The notes beneath the pieces were generated by a model, which made no database searches, was not told the DNA's origin, and saw nothing but the letters and a program-made list of their open reading frames with translations. Shown in pieces: positions 38,640 to 48,372 of a DNA stretch of 64,000 nt. How positions within the stretch are numbered: position 1 is the first letter of the stretch; every line of letters begins with the position of its first letter. The stretch is from Pseudomonadota bacterium (lineage in GTDB: Bacteria > Pseudomonadota > Gammaproteobacteria > Burkholderiales > Burkholderiaceae_C). A program made the translations under genes and the position numbers. The stretch covers positions 18,736-82,735 of the forward strand of contig JBEEJN010000018.1 in NCBI GenBank assembly GCA_041169165.1, written 5' to 3'.

Positions 38640-40343
38640 ATGACCTCGACCACGCCCGTTCGGCTCGTCCTCGACCATGCCTGTGACCACGCGCGCCTGC
38701 GGCCCGACGCGGTGTATCTGACCCAGCCTCTCGGCCAGGGCCGGGTGGTGGACTACACCTGGGCGCAGGTTCTCGACCAGGCACGGCGCATGGCCGCCCA
38801 TCTGCAGGGCCTGGGCCTGGCACGCGGTGCGCGGGTGGCCATCCTGTCCAAGAACTGCGCCCACTTCATCATGGCCGAGCTGGCCGTCTGGCTGGGCGGC
38901 TACGCCACGGTGGCGATCTTCCCCACCGAATCGGCCGAGACGGTGAACTTCGTGCTCGAGCACAGCGAGGCCAGCCTGCTTTTCGTCGGCAAGCTCGACA
39001 CCTGGCCGGCCCAGGTGCCTGGCGTGCCGGCGACGCTGCCGCGCATCCGTCTGCCGCTTGCGCCGGCCACGCCCGATCTGGCGGCGGTGGACAGCTGGGA
39101 CGCGGTGATCGGTCGCACTGCACCGCTGGCCGGCGCACCCGACCGGCGTGGGGACGAACTCGCCATGCTGATCTACACCTCGGGCTCGACCGGCCGGCCC
39201 AAGGGCGTCATGACCACCTTTGCCGCCTTCAGCCGTGCCGCCGAGGGCTTCAACGCCCACACCCTGCGCCAGACCGACGGGCGTGAGCAGCACCGCATGT
39301 TGTCCTACCTGCCACTGGCGCACAGCTTCGAGCGTTCATGCGTCGAAGGTGCCTCGCTGGTGGCCGGCACGATGCACCTGTTTTTCGCCGAGTCGCTCGA
39401 GACCTTTGTACAGGACCTCAAGCGCGCCCGGCCGACCATCTTCATCTCGGTGCCGCGGCTGTGGCTCAAGTTCCAGCAGGGCGTGTTCGCGCACATGCCG
39501 CCGGCCAAGCTCGAGCGCCTGCTTGGCCTGCCGCTGATCGGCCGGCTGGTGGCGCGCAAGGTGCTCGCCGGGCTGGGTCTGGAACATGTGATGCTGGCCG
39601 GCAGTGGCTCGGCACCGATTCCCCCCGAGCTCATCCGCTGGTACGCCCGCCTGGGCCTGACCATCCTGGAGGGTTACGGTATGACCGAAGACTCGTCCTA
39701 CTCCTTTGCCTCGACGCGCAGCCACAACGCGCCGGGCTGCGTGGGGGTGGCTCAGGCGGGAGTCGAGTACCGCATCAGCGACAGCGGCGAGGTGCTCATC
39801 AAGTCGCCCGGCCAGTTCAGCGGCTACTACAAGCAGCCCGAGCTGACGGCCGAATGTTTCACGGCCGACGGTTATTTCCACACCGGCGACCTGGGCGAGA
39901 TCGACGCCCGCGGCCTGCTGAAACTCACTGGCCGGGCCAAGGAGCTGTTCAAGACCTCCAAGGGCAAGTTCGTCGCTCCGGCGCCGATCGAGAACCTGCT
40001 CAACGCCCATCCGGTGGTGGAAATGTCCATGGTCTCGGGTGTCGGCCAGTCAGCGGCCTACGCGCTGGTGGTGCTGGCGGAATCGCTGCGGGCGCGTCAG
40101 ACCGAGCCGGCGCTGCGTGCCGACGTGACGGCCCAGCTCACCCGCCTGCTGGAGGAGGTGAACCGCGCGGTGCCCGAGTACGAACACCTGCGCATGATCG
40201 TGGTGGCGCGAGAACCCTGGAGCATCGAGAACCGCTGCCTCACGCCGACGATGAAGATCCGCCGCAGCAGCATCGAGGCCGCGGTGCCCGCCGCCCAGCT
40301 GGAGCATTGGTACCAGTCGCGCGACCTGGTGGTCTGGGCCTGA
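38640..40343 (+). CDS. Long-chain fatty acid-CoA ligase (AMP-binding)
   Basis: IYTSGSTGRPKG, YLPLAH, EGYGMTE, FHTGDLG, GRAKELFKTSKGKFVAP. Confidence 0.92.
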   Translation: MTSTTPVRLVLDHACDHARLRPDAVYLTQPLGQGRVVDYTWAQVLDQARRMAAHLQGLGLARGARVAILSKNCAHFIMAELAVWLGGYATVAIFPTESAETVNFVLEHSEASLLFVGKLDTWPAQVPGVPATLPRIRLPLAPATPDLAAVDSWDAVIGRTAPLAGAPDRRGDELAMLIYTSGSTGRPKGVMTTFAAFSRAAEGFNAHTLRQTDGREQHRMLSYLPLAHSFERSCVEGASLVAGTMHLFFAESLETFVQDLKRARPTIFISVPRLWLKFQQGVFAHMPPAKLERLLGLPLIGRLVARKVLAGLGLEHVMLAGSGSAPIPPELIRWYARLGLTILEGYGMTEDSSYSFASTRSHNAPGCVGVAQAGVEYRISDSGEVLIKSPGQFSGYYKQPELTAECFTADGYFHTGDLGEIDARGLLKLTGRAKELFKTSKGKFVAPAPIENLLNAHPVVEMSMVSGVGQSAAYALVVLAESLRARQTEPALRADVTAQLTRLLEEVNRAVPEYEHLRMIVVAREPWSIENRCLTPTMKIRRSSIEAAVPAAQLEHWYQSRDLVVWA

Positions 40344-42205
40344 TGGTGGCTGGCCCGGCCCTGGCAGCGGCGCGCCCCCGGCACGGCGGCGACCGGGTCG
40401 CCGACGCCTTGCTCGCCCAGGGTGTGACGACGGTCTACACGCTGTGCGGCGGCCACATCTCGCCCATCCTGAGTGCGGCCAAGGCGCGCGGCATCGCCGT
40501 CCTGGACGTGCGGGACGAAGGCACGGCCGTCTTTGCCGCCGACGCTCACGCACGCCTGACCGGCCGTCCCGGTGTGGCCGCGGTCACCGCCGGCCCGGGC
40601 ATCACCAACACCCTCACCGCGCTCAAGAACGCCCAGGTCGCCCAGGTGCCGCTGCTGCTCATCGGCGGTGCCGCGCCCACGGCCCTGCAGGGCCGCGGCG
40701 CGCTGCAGGACATCGCCCAACGTCCGTTGGTCGAGCCACACGTCAAGCGCTTCATCAAGCTGCGGCGCGTGGCCGACCTCGGGCCGGCGGTGCACCAGGC
40801 CTTTGCCATCGCCCAGGCCGGCGTGCCCGGGCCGGTGTTCATCGAGTGCCCGGTCGACCTGCTCTACGAGCCGGCCCTCATCCGCCAGTGGTACTCGGAC
40901 GCCGCCGGCAAGGGCCAGGCCCTGGCCGACAAGGCGCTGCGCTGGTACCTCGGCCGCCATGTGCGGCGCATGCTGGCCGGCGCCGAGCTGCCGGAAGTGA
41001 ACGCGCCGCCGGCGCCGGTGCCGCCGCCGCACGCATCAGGCCGCAGCGTGCAGGCCGCACTCGCCGCCCTGGCCAGGGCCGAGCGGCCGCTGGCCGTCAT
41101 CGGCAGCCAGGCCCTGGTGTGTGCCGACCAGGCCGCGGCACTCGCCGCTGCCGTCACCCGGCTGGGCCTGCCGGTGTATCTCTCCGGCATGGCGCGCGGC
41201 CTGCTCGGGCGCGACCACCCGCTGCAGCTGCGCCACGCCCGGCGCAATGCGCTGCGCGAGGCCGATTGCGTCATCCTGGCTGGCGTGCCCTGCGACTTCC
41301 GCCTGGACTACGGCAAACACGTGCGCCGCAGCGCCACGCTGATCGCCGCGAATCGCAGCGCCCGCGACGCGCGCCTGAACCGTCGCCCCGACGTGGCCGC
41401 CATCGGCGACGCCGGCCAGTTCCTGCAGATGCTGGCGCGGGCCGCGCCCGCGGGTGCTCAGGCGGCCGCGCCGGGTGCGGCGCGGGCGGCAGCGTCGAAG
41501 GTCTCGCCGGCTGCTGCGCCGGGTGCTGCACCGGACGCCGCCCAGGCCAGCCCGCGCTGGCCCGCCTGGCTGGCCACCCTGCGTCAGCGCGACGCCGAGC
41601 GCGAGCTCGACATCGACCGCCAGGCCCAGGCCACCGGCGACCACGTCAACCCCATCGCCCTGCTGCGCGCGGTCGACCGCGAGGCGGGTGACAACGCCGT
41701 CTTCGTCGCCGACGGCGGCGACTTTGTCTCCACCGCCGCCTATGTGCTGCGCCCGCGCGGCCCGCTCAGCTGGCTGGACCCGGGCGCCTTCGGCACCCTG
41801 GGCGTGGGTGCGGGCTTTGCCCTGGGTGCGGCGCGCGCCCGGCCGGGCAGCGAGGTCTGGATCATCTTCGGCGACGGCGCCTGCGGCTGGAGCCTGAGCG
41901 AGTTCGACAGCTTCGTGCGCCACGGCGTGCCGGTCATCGCCATCGTCGGCAACGACGCCGGCTGGACCCAGATCGCCCGCGAGCAGGTCAAGATGCTGAA
42001 CGACGATGTCGCCACCGTGCTGGCCCGCACTGACTACCAGCGCGTGGTCGAGGGTTTCGGCGCCGCCGGCCTGCTGATCAGGACCGCCGCTGAAGTGGAG
42101 CCGGCGCTGCGCCAGGCGCGCGAACTCGCGCGCGCCGGGCGGCCGGTGCTGGTGAACGTGTGGCTGGACCGGACGGAGTTCCGCGAGGGGTCCTTGTCGA
42201 TGTGA
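40343..42205 (+). CDS. Thiamine-pyrophosphate enzyme, ILVBL/HACL2-like (putative 2-hydroxyacyl-CoA lyase)
   Basis: TGATG coupling; [43 protein letters not shown]...GND ThDP motif, FREGS C-terminus. Confidence 0.85.
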   Translation: MVAGPALAAARPRHGGDRVADALLAQGVTTVYTLCGGHISPILSAAKARGIAVLDVRDEGTAVFAADAHARLTGRPGVAAVTAGPGITNTLTALKNAQVAQVPLLLIGGAAPTALQGRGALQDIAQRPLVEPHVKRFIKLRRVADLGPAVHQAFAIAQAGVPGPVFIECPVDLLYEPALIRQWYSDAAGKGQALADKALRWYLGRHVRRMLAGAELPEVNAPPAPVPPPHASGRSVQAALAALARAERPLAVIGSQALVCADQAAALAAAVTRLGLPVYLSGMARGLLGRDHPLQLRHARRNALREADCVILAGVPCDFRLDYGKHVRRSATLIAANRSARDARLNRRPDVAAIGDAGQFLQMLARAAPAGAQAAAPGAARAAASKVSPAAAPGAAPDAAQASPRWPAWLATLRQRDAERELDIDRQAQATGDHVNPIALLRAVDREAGDNAVFVADGGDFVSTAAYVLRPRGPLSWLDPGAFGTLGVGAGFALGAARARPGSEVWIIFGDGACGWSLSEFDSFVRHGVPVIAIVGNDAGWTQIAREQVKMLNDDVATVLARTDYQRVVEGFGAAGLLIRTAAEVEPALRQARELARAGRPVLVNVWLDRTEFREGSLSM

Positions 42206-42461
42206 GGCAGGTCACCGGGCCGCTGGGTGCACCGGTAATACAGACGGTGCGCAACTGCGTGCCGTGCTCGGTTTATCCCCAAGACTGATGAACTGGCGCC
42301 GGAGCGCCAGGGGAGCACTCGGCACATGTGGGTTGCGGGCCATTGACGGGCGAAAACCGGACGCCCACCATCTGTTTTCGCTCGCCGGGCGGCGAGCGGT
42401 GCGGTCGGGTCGCGGGTCTCCCGTGCCGCTTCAGCCTGTCGGCCCGCAAAGGGGCGAAGTG

Positions 42462-43508
42462 ATGAACGAGAGCAAGCTCTACGAGTTCATGGGCCGGCTG
42501 GTCAATGACATGGGGGGCGCCGCCATGATGGCCAACGTGATCCTTGGCGAGGAACTGGGGCTGTATCGGGCAATGGCCGACAGCAAGGCCGTCACGCCTG
42601 ACGAGTTGGCGACGCGCACCGGGTGCAACGCCAGGCTGGTGCGCGAGTGGCTGAGCGGTCAGGCGGCGAGCGGTTATGTCGAACATGACCGCGGGCGCTT
42701 CCGCCTGCCTGAAGAGCAGGCGCTGGCGCTCGCCGTCGAGGACTCGCCGGTGTATGTCGCAGGCGGCGCCAGCGTCCTGGCCAGCATGTTCATCGACAAG
42801 GACAAGCTGGTAGCTGCCATGCGTGGCAATGGCGCCTTGTCCTGGGCCGACCATCACCCCTGCCTGTTCTCGGGCACCGAGCGGTTCTTCCGCCCGGGGT
42901 ATCGCGCCAACCTCGTCAGCAGCTGGCTGCCGGCGCTGGACGGCGTGGTGGCGCAACTGGAACAGGGCGCCAAAGTGGCGGACATCGGCTGCGGCCACGG
43001 GGCCTCAACCATCATCATGGCCAAGGCCTACCCGAAGTCGCGTTTTCATGGCTTTGACTTTCATGCCGGATCGATCGAGCAGGCACAACTGCGTGCCAGC
43101 GAGGCCGGCGTGGCCGATCGCGTGCAATTCACCCAGAGCACGGCACGCGAGTTTCCTGGCACCGATTACGACCTGGTGTGCTTCTTCGACAGCCTGCACG
43201 ACATGGGTGACCCGGTTGGTGCTGCGCGGCGCGCCCACCAGGCCATGCGGCCGGGCGGCACCGTGCTGCTCGTCGAACCGTTTGCCAACGACGATCTGGA
43301 CGACAACATCACGCCGGTTGGGCGCATGTACTACGCCGCGTCGACCTGCATCTGCACGCCCAACGCCTTGTCACAGGAGGTTGGTCTGGGCCTGGGTGCA
43401 CAGGCAGGCGAGCGCGCGTTGCGTCACGTGTTCGCCGATGCAGGCTTCTCACGCTTCAGGCGCGCCACGGAAACACCGTTCAACCTGGTGCTGGAAGCCC
43501 GGAAGTAG
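42462..43508 (+). CDS. Class I SAM-dependent methyltransferase with N-terminal winged helix (Rv2258c-like)
   Basis: GEELGLYRAM, VREWL, DIGCGHG, FFDSLHDMGDP, TPFNLVLEAR. Confidence 0.9.
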   Translation: MNESKLYEFMGRLVNDMGGAAMMANVILGEELGLYRAMADSKAVTPDELATRTGCNARLVREWLSGQAASGYVEHDRGRFRLPEEQALALAVEDSPVYVAGGASVLASMFIDKDKLVAAMRGNGALSWADHHPCLFSGTERFFRPGYRANLVSSWLPALDGVVAQLEQGAKVADIGCGHGASTIIMAKAYPKSRFHGFDFHAGSIEQAQLRASEAGVADRVQFTQSTAREFPGTDYDLVCFFDSLHDMGDPVGAARRAHQAMRPGGTVLLVEPFANDDLDDNITPVGRMYYAASTCICTPNALSQEVGLGLGAQAGERALRHVFADAGFSRFRRATETPFNLVLEARK

Positions 43509-43590
43509 GAGCTTGATGCGGTGTCTGCCAAGCCAGCCGGATGCATGACCATCCGGCTGGGCATTTGCCAAGACGCCGAGCGTGGCGTGA

Positions 43591-44796
43591 TCACACCCGC
43601 TCGATGATGGTCACATTGGCCATGCCCCCGCCCTCGCACATGGTCTGCAGGCCGTAGCGGCCGCCGTACTGGTGCAGCACCTGCACCAGCGTGGCCATGA
43701 GGCGGGTGCCCGAGGCGCCAAGCGGGTGGCCCAGGGCGATGGCGCCGCCGTGGCGGTTCAGCCGCGCCGGGTCGGCGCCGGTGGCCTGGAGCCAGGCCAG
43801 GGGCACGGTGGCGAAGGCCTCGTTGACCTCGAAGGCGTCGATGTCGTTGATATTCAGGCCGGCGCGGCGCAGGGCGCGTTCGGTGGCCGGGATGGGCGCT
43901 TCGAGCATGATGACCGGGTCGTGGCCCAGCACCGAGAGGTGGTGGATGCGCGCCAGCGGCGTCAGGCCCAGGGCCTTGAGGCCGCGCTCGTTCACCACCA
44001 TCACGCCGCTGGCGCCATCGGCGATCTGGCTGGCGTTGGCGGCGCTGACCACGCCGCCTTCCTGCAGCAGCTTGACGGACGCGATGCCGTCCAGCGTCGC
44101 GTCCAGGCGTATGCCTTCGTCCACCGTGTGCAGTCCGGAGTCGGCGTGCGCCGCGCCGGGGGTGCCGGGCGCTTCGCCGCTGCGGCGCACGGCCAGCGGC
44201 ACGATCTCGGCCGCGAAGCGGCCCTCGCGGGTGGCGGCTGCCGCGCGCTGGTGGCTGAGCAGGGCGTAGCGGTCGGCGTCGTCGCGGCTCAGGCCGAAGT
44301 TGCGCGCCAGCATCTCGGCGCCGCTGAACTGGCTGAAGGCCACCCCGCCGTAGCGCGCCTGCAGGCCGATGCCGCCGTCGTAGCTGCCTAGGCCGGCCTT
44401 GCGCGCCAGTTCACCGGGCGAAAACATGGGCACCCGGCTCATGCTTTCCACGCCGGCGGCGATGACGCAGTCCATGGTGCCCGACATCACCGCCTGGGCC
44501 GCGAACTGCAGCGCCTGCTGGGACGAGCCGCACTGGCGGTCGATCGAGGTCGCCGGCACCGATTCCGGCAGGCGCGACGACAGCACGGCGTTGCGCGCCA
44601 CGTTGAAGGACTGCTCGCCGACCTGGCTGACGCAGCCCATGAGCACGTCGTCCACCGCGGCGGGGTCGATGCCGGTCTGGTCGAGCAGGGCGTCGATCAC
44701 CGCGGCGGCCAGGTCGACCGGGTGCCAGCCGGACAGGCGGCCGTTGCGGCGGCCGCCGGCGGTACGCCGGGCGGCAACGATGAAGGCTTCGGGCAT
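43591..44796 (-). CDS. Acetyl-CoA C-acyltransferase (thiolase)
   Basis: DRQCGSSQQA, NEAFA, GGAIALGHPLGASG, MCEGGG. Confidence 0.94.
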   Translation of the reverse strand: MPEAFIVAARRTAGGRRNGRLSGWHPVDLAAAVIDALLDQTGIDPAAVDDVLMGCVSQVGEQSFNVARNAVLSSRLPESVPATSIDRQCGSSQQALQFAAQAVMSGTMDCVIAAGVESMSRVPMFSPGELARKAGLGSYDGGIGLQARYGGVAFSQFSGAEMLARNFGLSRDDADRYALLSHQRAAAATREGRFAAEIVPLAVRRSGEAPGTPGAAHADSGLHTVDEGIRLDATLDGIASVKLLQEGGVVSAANASQIADGASGVMVVNERGLKALGLTPLARIHHLSVLGHDPVIMLEAPIPATERALRRAGLNINDIDAFEVNEAFATVPLAWLQATGADPARLNRHGGAIALGHPLGASGTRLMATLVQVLHQYGGRYGLQTMCEGGGMANVTIIERV

Positions 44797-44875
44797 GGGG
44801 AAAACTCCTGCAGGCTGGCGGGGGGTGACGGGGCGACCATGCTATCCCTGCATCCGCTTCACGCCGGCCACCATC

Positions 44876-46045
44876 ATGCCCCTCGACTTCCAGCGCTCAT
44901 GGAGCGACCCTGACCTCGACCTGTACCGCCAGACGGTGGTGCGCTTCATCGACGAGCACATGCTGCCGGGCGACGCCGAGGCGCGCGCGCGCGGCCACGT
45001 GGGCCATGCGCTGTGGCGCCGCGCCGGTGAACTGGGCCTGCTGTGCACCGACATCCCGGCCGAGTGGGGCGGTGGCAGTGGCGACTTCCGCCACGAGGCG
45101 GTGCTGCACGAGGAGATGGCGCGCCGCGCCCTGTCGGGCCTGAACGCCGGCGTGCACAGCATCGTGGCGCACTACGTGCTCAACCATGGCACCGAGGCGC
45201 AGAAGCGCCGCTACCTGCCGCGCCTGGCCAGCGGCGAGCTGGTGGGCGCCATCGCCATGACCGAGCCCGGCACCGGCTCGGACCTCAAGGCCATCAGCAC
45301 CCGCGCGCGGCGCGACCCAGCCGGGCCGGGTGACGAGCTGACGCCGTATCTGATCAATGGCGCCAAGACCTATATCAGCAACGGCGGCCTGGCCGGCCTG
45401 GTACTGGTGGTGGCGCGGGTGAACGGCGCGCCGGGCGCCCAGGGCCTGGCCATCTTCATCGTCGAGACGGCGGACTGCCCGGGCTACCGCGTCGGGCGGC
45501 TGCTGGACAAGATGGGCATGAAGGCGCAGGACACCGCCGAACTCTTCTTCGACGACGTGGCCGTGGCACCGGGCCAGCTGCTGGGCGGGCGCGAAGGCTG
45601 CGGCTTTGCCCAGCTCATGGCCGACCTGCCCTACGAGCGCCTCATCATCGGCGTGAGCGCGCTGGCGGCGATGGAGGGTGCGTACGAGGCGACGCTGGCC
45701 TGGGTGCGCGAGCGGCGCGCCTTCGGGCAGGCGATCGCCGACTTCCAGAACACGCGCTTCAAGCTGGCCGAGATCGCCACCGAGATCCAGGTCGGCCGCG
45801 CCTTCATGGACCGCTGTATCGAGGCACTGCTGGCCGGGCGGCTGGATACCGCCACCGCCTCCATGGCCAAGCTCTGGGGCTCGGAGGCCCAAGGCCGGGT
45901 GATGGACGCCTGCGTGCAGCTCTTCGGCGGCGCGGGCTACATGAACGAGACCCTGGTGGCGCGCATGTACACCGACGCGCGCGTGCAGCGCATCTACGGC
46001 GGCACCAACGAGATCATGAAGGAGGTGATTGCACGGGCGCTGTGA
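44876..46045 (+). CDS. Acyl-CoA dehydrogenase (LCAD-like)
   Basis: AIAMTEPGTGSDL, NGAKTYISN, KMGMKAQDTAELFF, LFGGAGY, IYGGTNEIMK. Confidence 0.93.
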   Translation: MPLDFQRSWSDPDLDLYRQTVVRFIDEHMLPGDAEARARGHVGHALWRRAGELGLLCTDIPAEWGGGSGDFRHEAVLHEEMARRALSGLNAGVHSIVAHYVLNHGTEAQKRRYLPRLASGELVGAIAMTEPGTGSDLKAISTRARRDPAGPGDELTPYLINGAKTYISNGGLAGLVLVVARVNGAPGAQGLAIFIVETADCPGYRVGRLLDKMGMKAQDTAELFFDDVAVAPGQLLGGREGCGFAQLMADLPYERLIIGVSALAAMEGAYEATLAWVRERRAFGQAIADFQNTRFKLAEIATEIQVGRAFMDRCIEALLAGRLDTATASMAKLWGSEAQGRVMDACVQLFGGAGYMNETLVARMYTDARVQRIYGGTNEIMKEVIARAL

Positions 46046-46133
46046 CCCATGTGCGTCGACCGTGCGCCGACCATGTGTAGACCGTGCAGCGGCCATGGCC
46101 ATGGCCACGGCGCGCGAGCGGCGCCCGGGCTGA

Positions 46134-46706
46134 TCAGTCGGGCGACGTCGGCGCCTGTGCCTCGCGCGTGCCGACGTACCAGCGCGGGTAGTAGGTGGCC
46201 ACCTGCGGGCCGTCGGTGCGCAGGGCGTGGCAGCCGTCCAGGCTGAAGGGCTTGTTCAGTTGCGGATCGCCGGCCAGCTCGTGCCACAGGGCCTGCAGCG
46301 CCGCGCTGCCCATCACGCCGGCCAGCTCGTTGATGTGGGTGCAGCCCGCCGTGCGGCCGAACAGGCGGCGGATGGCGTCGCGGTAGCCGCGCGCGATCTG
46401 CACGCCGACGAAGTGGCCGTAGTCCGGCGCGACGGCGCCGCAGGCCGCCACGCCGTAGGGGCCGGCGTCGGTGACCGCCTCGGCCGCCACGATGGTGGCC
46501 GTGCGGTCGACGGTGAAGCGCAGCCACATCTCGTGCATGGGCTGACCGGCCGCCAGGGTGCCGCCGGCCACAGGCTGTGCGTCCGGCCAGATGTCGGTGA
46601 GATGGCCTTCGATGTCCCACAGCCCGTCGTCGCGCACATAGCTGCGCACGTCGATGCGGCGGTGATACGAGGGGGTGCGGGGGCGGGTGGGGGCGGGCAG
46701 GGGCAT
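46134..46706 (-). CDS. DUF2889 domain-containing protein
   Basis: RDDGLWDIEGHL, HEMWLRFTVD, GRTAGCTHINEL, LDGCHA; start is 46706 or 46718. Confidence 0.85.
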   Translation of the reverse strand: MPLPAPTRPRTPSYHRRIDVRSYVRDDGLWDIEGHLTDIWPDAQPVAGGTLAAGQPMHEMWLRFTVDRTATIVAAEAVTDAGPYGVAACGAVAPDYGHFVGVQIARGYRDAIRRLFGRTAGCTHINELAGVMGSAALQALWHELAGDPQLNKPFSLDGCHALRTDGPQVATYYPRWYVGTREAQAPTSPD

Positions 46707-46742
46707 GGTGGGCGGCATTGTTCCAGCCGGCCGGGGCCCTCG

Positions 46743-47465
46743 CTATCGCCGGCGCGACCTGGCCGCCGGTGGCGGCAGGCGCAGCACCCGCTCGCCCGCC
46801 ACGACATAGAGCTGCTCGCCGGCACCCGCCTGCACCGCGGCACCGCCGGTGAATTCACCGAAGGCGGGCAGCACCAGCACCTGTTCGCGAGCGTGAAAAC
46901 AAGGCAGGCGCAGCGCGTCATAACCCCGACCCAGCCAGGCGGTCGGGTGCACATGGCCGGCCAGGGCATAGGTGCCGGCTGCGCAGGGCGTGGCCGGGTC
47001 GTGGCACAGGGCCAGGCCGGATGGGTGGTGCGCCCAGGGTTCATCCACCACGGCGATGCCCAGCGCGGGTGGCGGGTCGCCGGCGTGGTCGTCATGGTTG
47101 CCGCGCACCAGGGTCATGGTGAGGGTGCCATGACGCTCGCGCCAGGCTTGCAGCGCTGCCAGGATGGCCGGTGCACGCCCGCTCGCCGCGTGCAGGAAGT
47201 CGCCCAGGAAGACCAGCTCCGCCACTCCCGGCAGGCGCGCCAGCAGCGCGTCCAGCCGCGCCAGATTGGCCTCGGTCGTGCCGCTGGGCACCGGCACGCC
47301 CAGGCGGCGAAAACTCGCCGCCTTGCCGAAGTGCACATCCGCCACCAGCAGCAGGCCGTCCTCGGCCAGCCAGGCGGCGCGTTCGGGCAGCAGCGTGAGC
47401 TGTCGGCCGTCGGGCAGCGGATGGCTGGCGTCGCTCGGGGCGGGGCAGGGCGGCGCGTCGGGCAT
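46743..47465 (-). CDS. pdeM: Ligase-associated DNA damage response endonuclease (metallophosphoesterase)
   Basis: ADVHFGKA..FR..G.PVP.G, LGDFLH, RGNHD, GHVHP, LPAFGEFTGG. Confidence 0.88.
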   Translation of the reverse strand: MPDAPPCPAPSDASHPLPDGRQLTLLPERAAWLAEDGLLLVADVHFGKAASFRRLGVPVPSGTTEANLARLDALLARLPGVAELVFLGDFLHAASGRAPAILAALQAWRERHGTLTMTLVRGNHDDHAGDPPPALGIAVVDEPWAHHPSGLALCHDPATPCAAGTYALAGHVHPTAWLGRGYDALRLPCFHAREQVLVLPAFGEFTGGAAVQAGAGEQLYVVAGERVLRLPPPAARSRRR

Positions 47466-47600
47466 GGCTGGTTCAGGGCGGTGTGTGGTGTCTGGAACTC
47501 ACTGGCTGCACGGGCGCGCCGGACTGACGGCAGGGCGACGATAGGGCGACGGTACACAGACAGCAGGAATCGGGCTGCGGGTTTTTCCGCTGTCCTATCA

Positions 47601-47616
47601 GTTAGAGCGCACTAAC
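47601..47616. promoter_or_regulatory. Candidate GntR operator
   Basis: GTTAGAGCGCACTAAC, a near-perfect 16-bp palindrome just upstream of the GntR gene. Confidence 0.5.
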
Positions 47617-47640
47617 ATGTCAGTGCGTCATCTGACTCAC

Positions 47641-48372
47641 ATGCTCCTGGCCACCCGACATTCCACCGCAACCGCACGGTCTGATGCCGCGCCGAGTCTG
47701 CGTGCGCAGGCCTACGAGAGCTTTCGCCAGCAGATTCTGTCGGCGCAGATCCGCCCTGGCCAGTTCGTCTCGCAGCGCGAGCTGGTGCAACTGCTGGGCA
47801 TGCCGCTGGGGGCGGTGCGCGAGCTGATCCCGCGTCTGGAGGCCGAAGGCCTGCTGCGCACCGTGCCGCAGCGCGGCCTGCAGGTGGCGCATGTGGACCT
47901 GAAACTCATCAACAACGCCTTCCAGCTGCGCGGCCTGCTGGAGCGCGAGGCCGCGATGCATTTCTGCACCAGCGTGAGCGCCACCGACCTGGCCGCCATC
48001 GAGGACGCCCACTTGGCCATCGTGAGGCGCGCGCGTAGCGGCCCCATTGACGATGCCCTGCTGACCGACGCCACCACGGTCGACTGGGGCCTGCACGACC
48101 TGATGATCGACGCGCTGGGCAACGAGCTCATCAGCGAGACCTACCGCGTCAACAGCCTGCGCGTGCGCCTGATCCGGCTGGAGGGCTCGATGCTCTCGGC
48201 CGACGTGCTGCTGCCGGCCATGGAAGAACACCTCTGGGTCGTGCAGGCGCTCAAGGCGCGCGACCCGGTGGCCGTGGCCGAACGCCTTGCCCACCACATC
48301 GACAGCGCCCATCGCCGGGTGCTGGGACTGCCACGGCCAGCCTTGCCGTGGTCCATGGAAAGCCTGTTGTGA
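47641..48372 (+). CDS. GntR family regulator (FCD domain)
   Basis: wHTH (SQRELVQLLGMPLGAVRELIPRLEAEGL) plus FCD-like C-domain; start is 47641 or 47617. Confidence 0.9.
   Translation: MLLATRHSTATARSDAAPSLRAQAYESFRQQILSAQIRPGQFVSQRELVQLLGMPLGAVRELIPRLEAEGLLRTVPQRGLQVAHVDLKLINNAFQLRGLLEREAAMHFCTSVSATDLAAIEDAHLAIVRRARSGPIDDALLTDATTVDWGLHDLMIDALGNELISETYRVNSLRVRLIRLEGSMLSADVLLPAMEEHLWVVQALKARDPVAVAERLAHHIDSAHRRVLGLPRPALPWSMESLL

Noticed and set aside
40343-42205. Annotation as acetolactate synthase large subunit (ilvB)
   Set aside because: There is no regulatory small subunit or ilvC nearby, the motifs fit the ILVBL/HACL clade better, and it is coupled to an acyl-CoA ligase.
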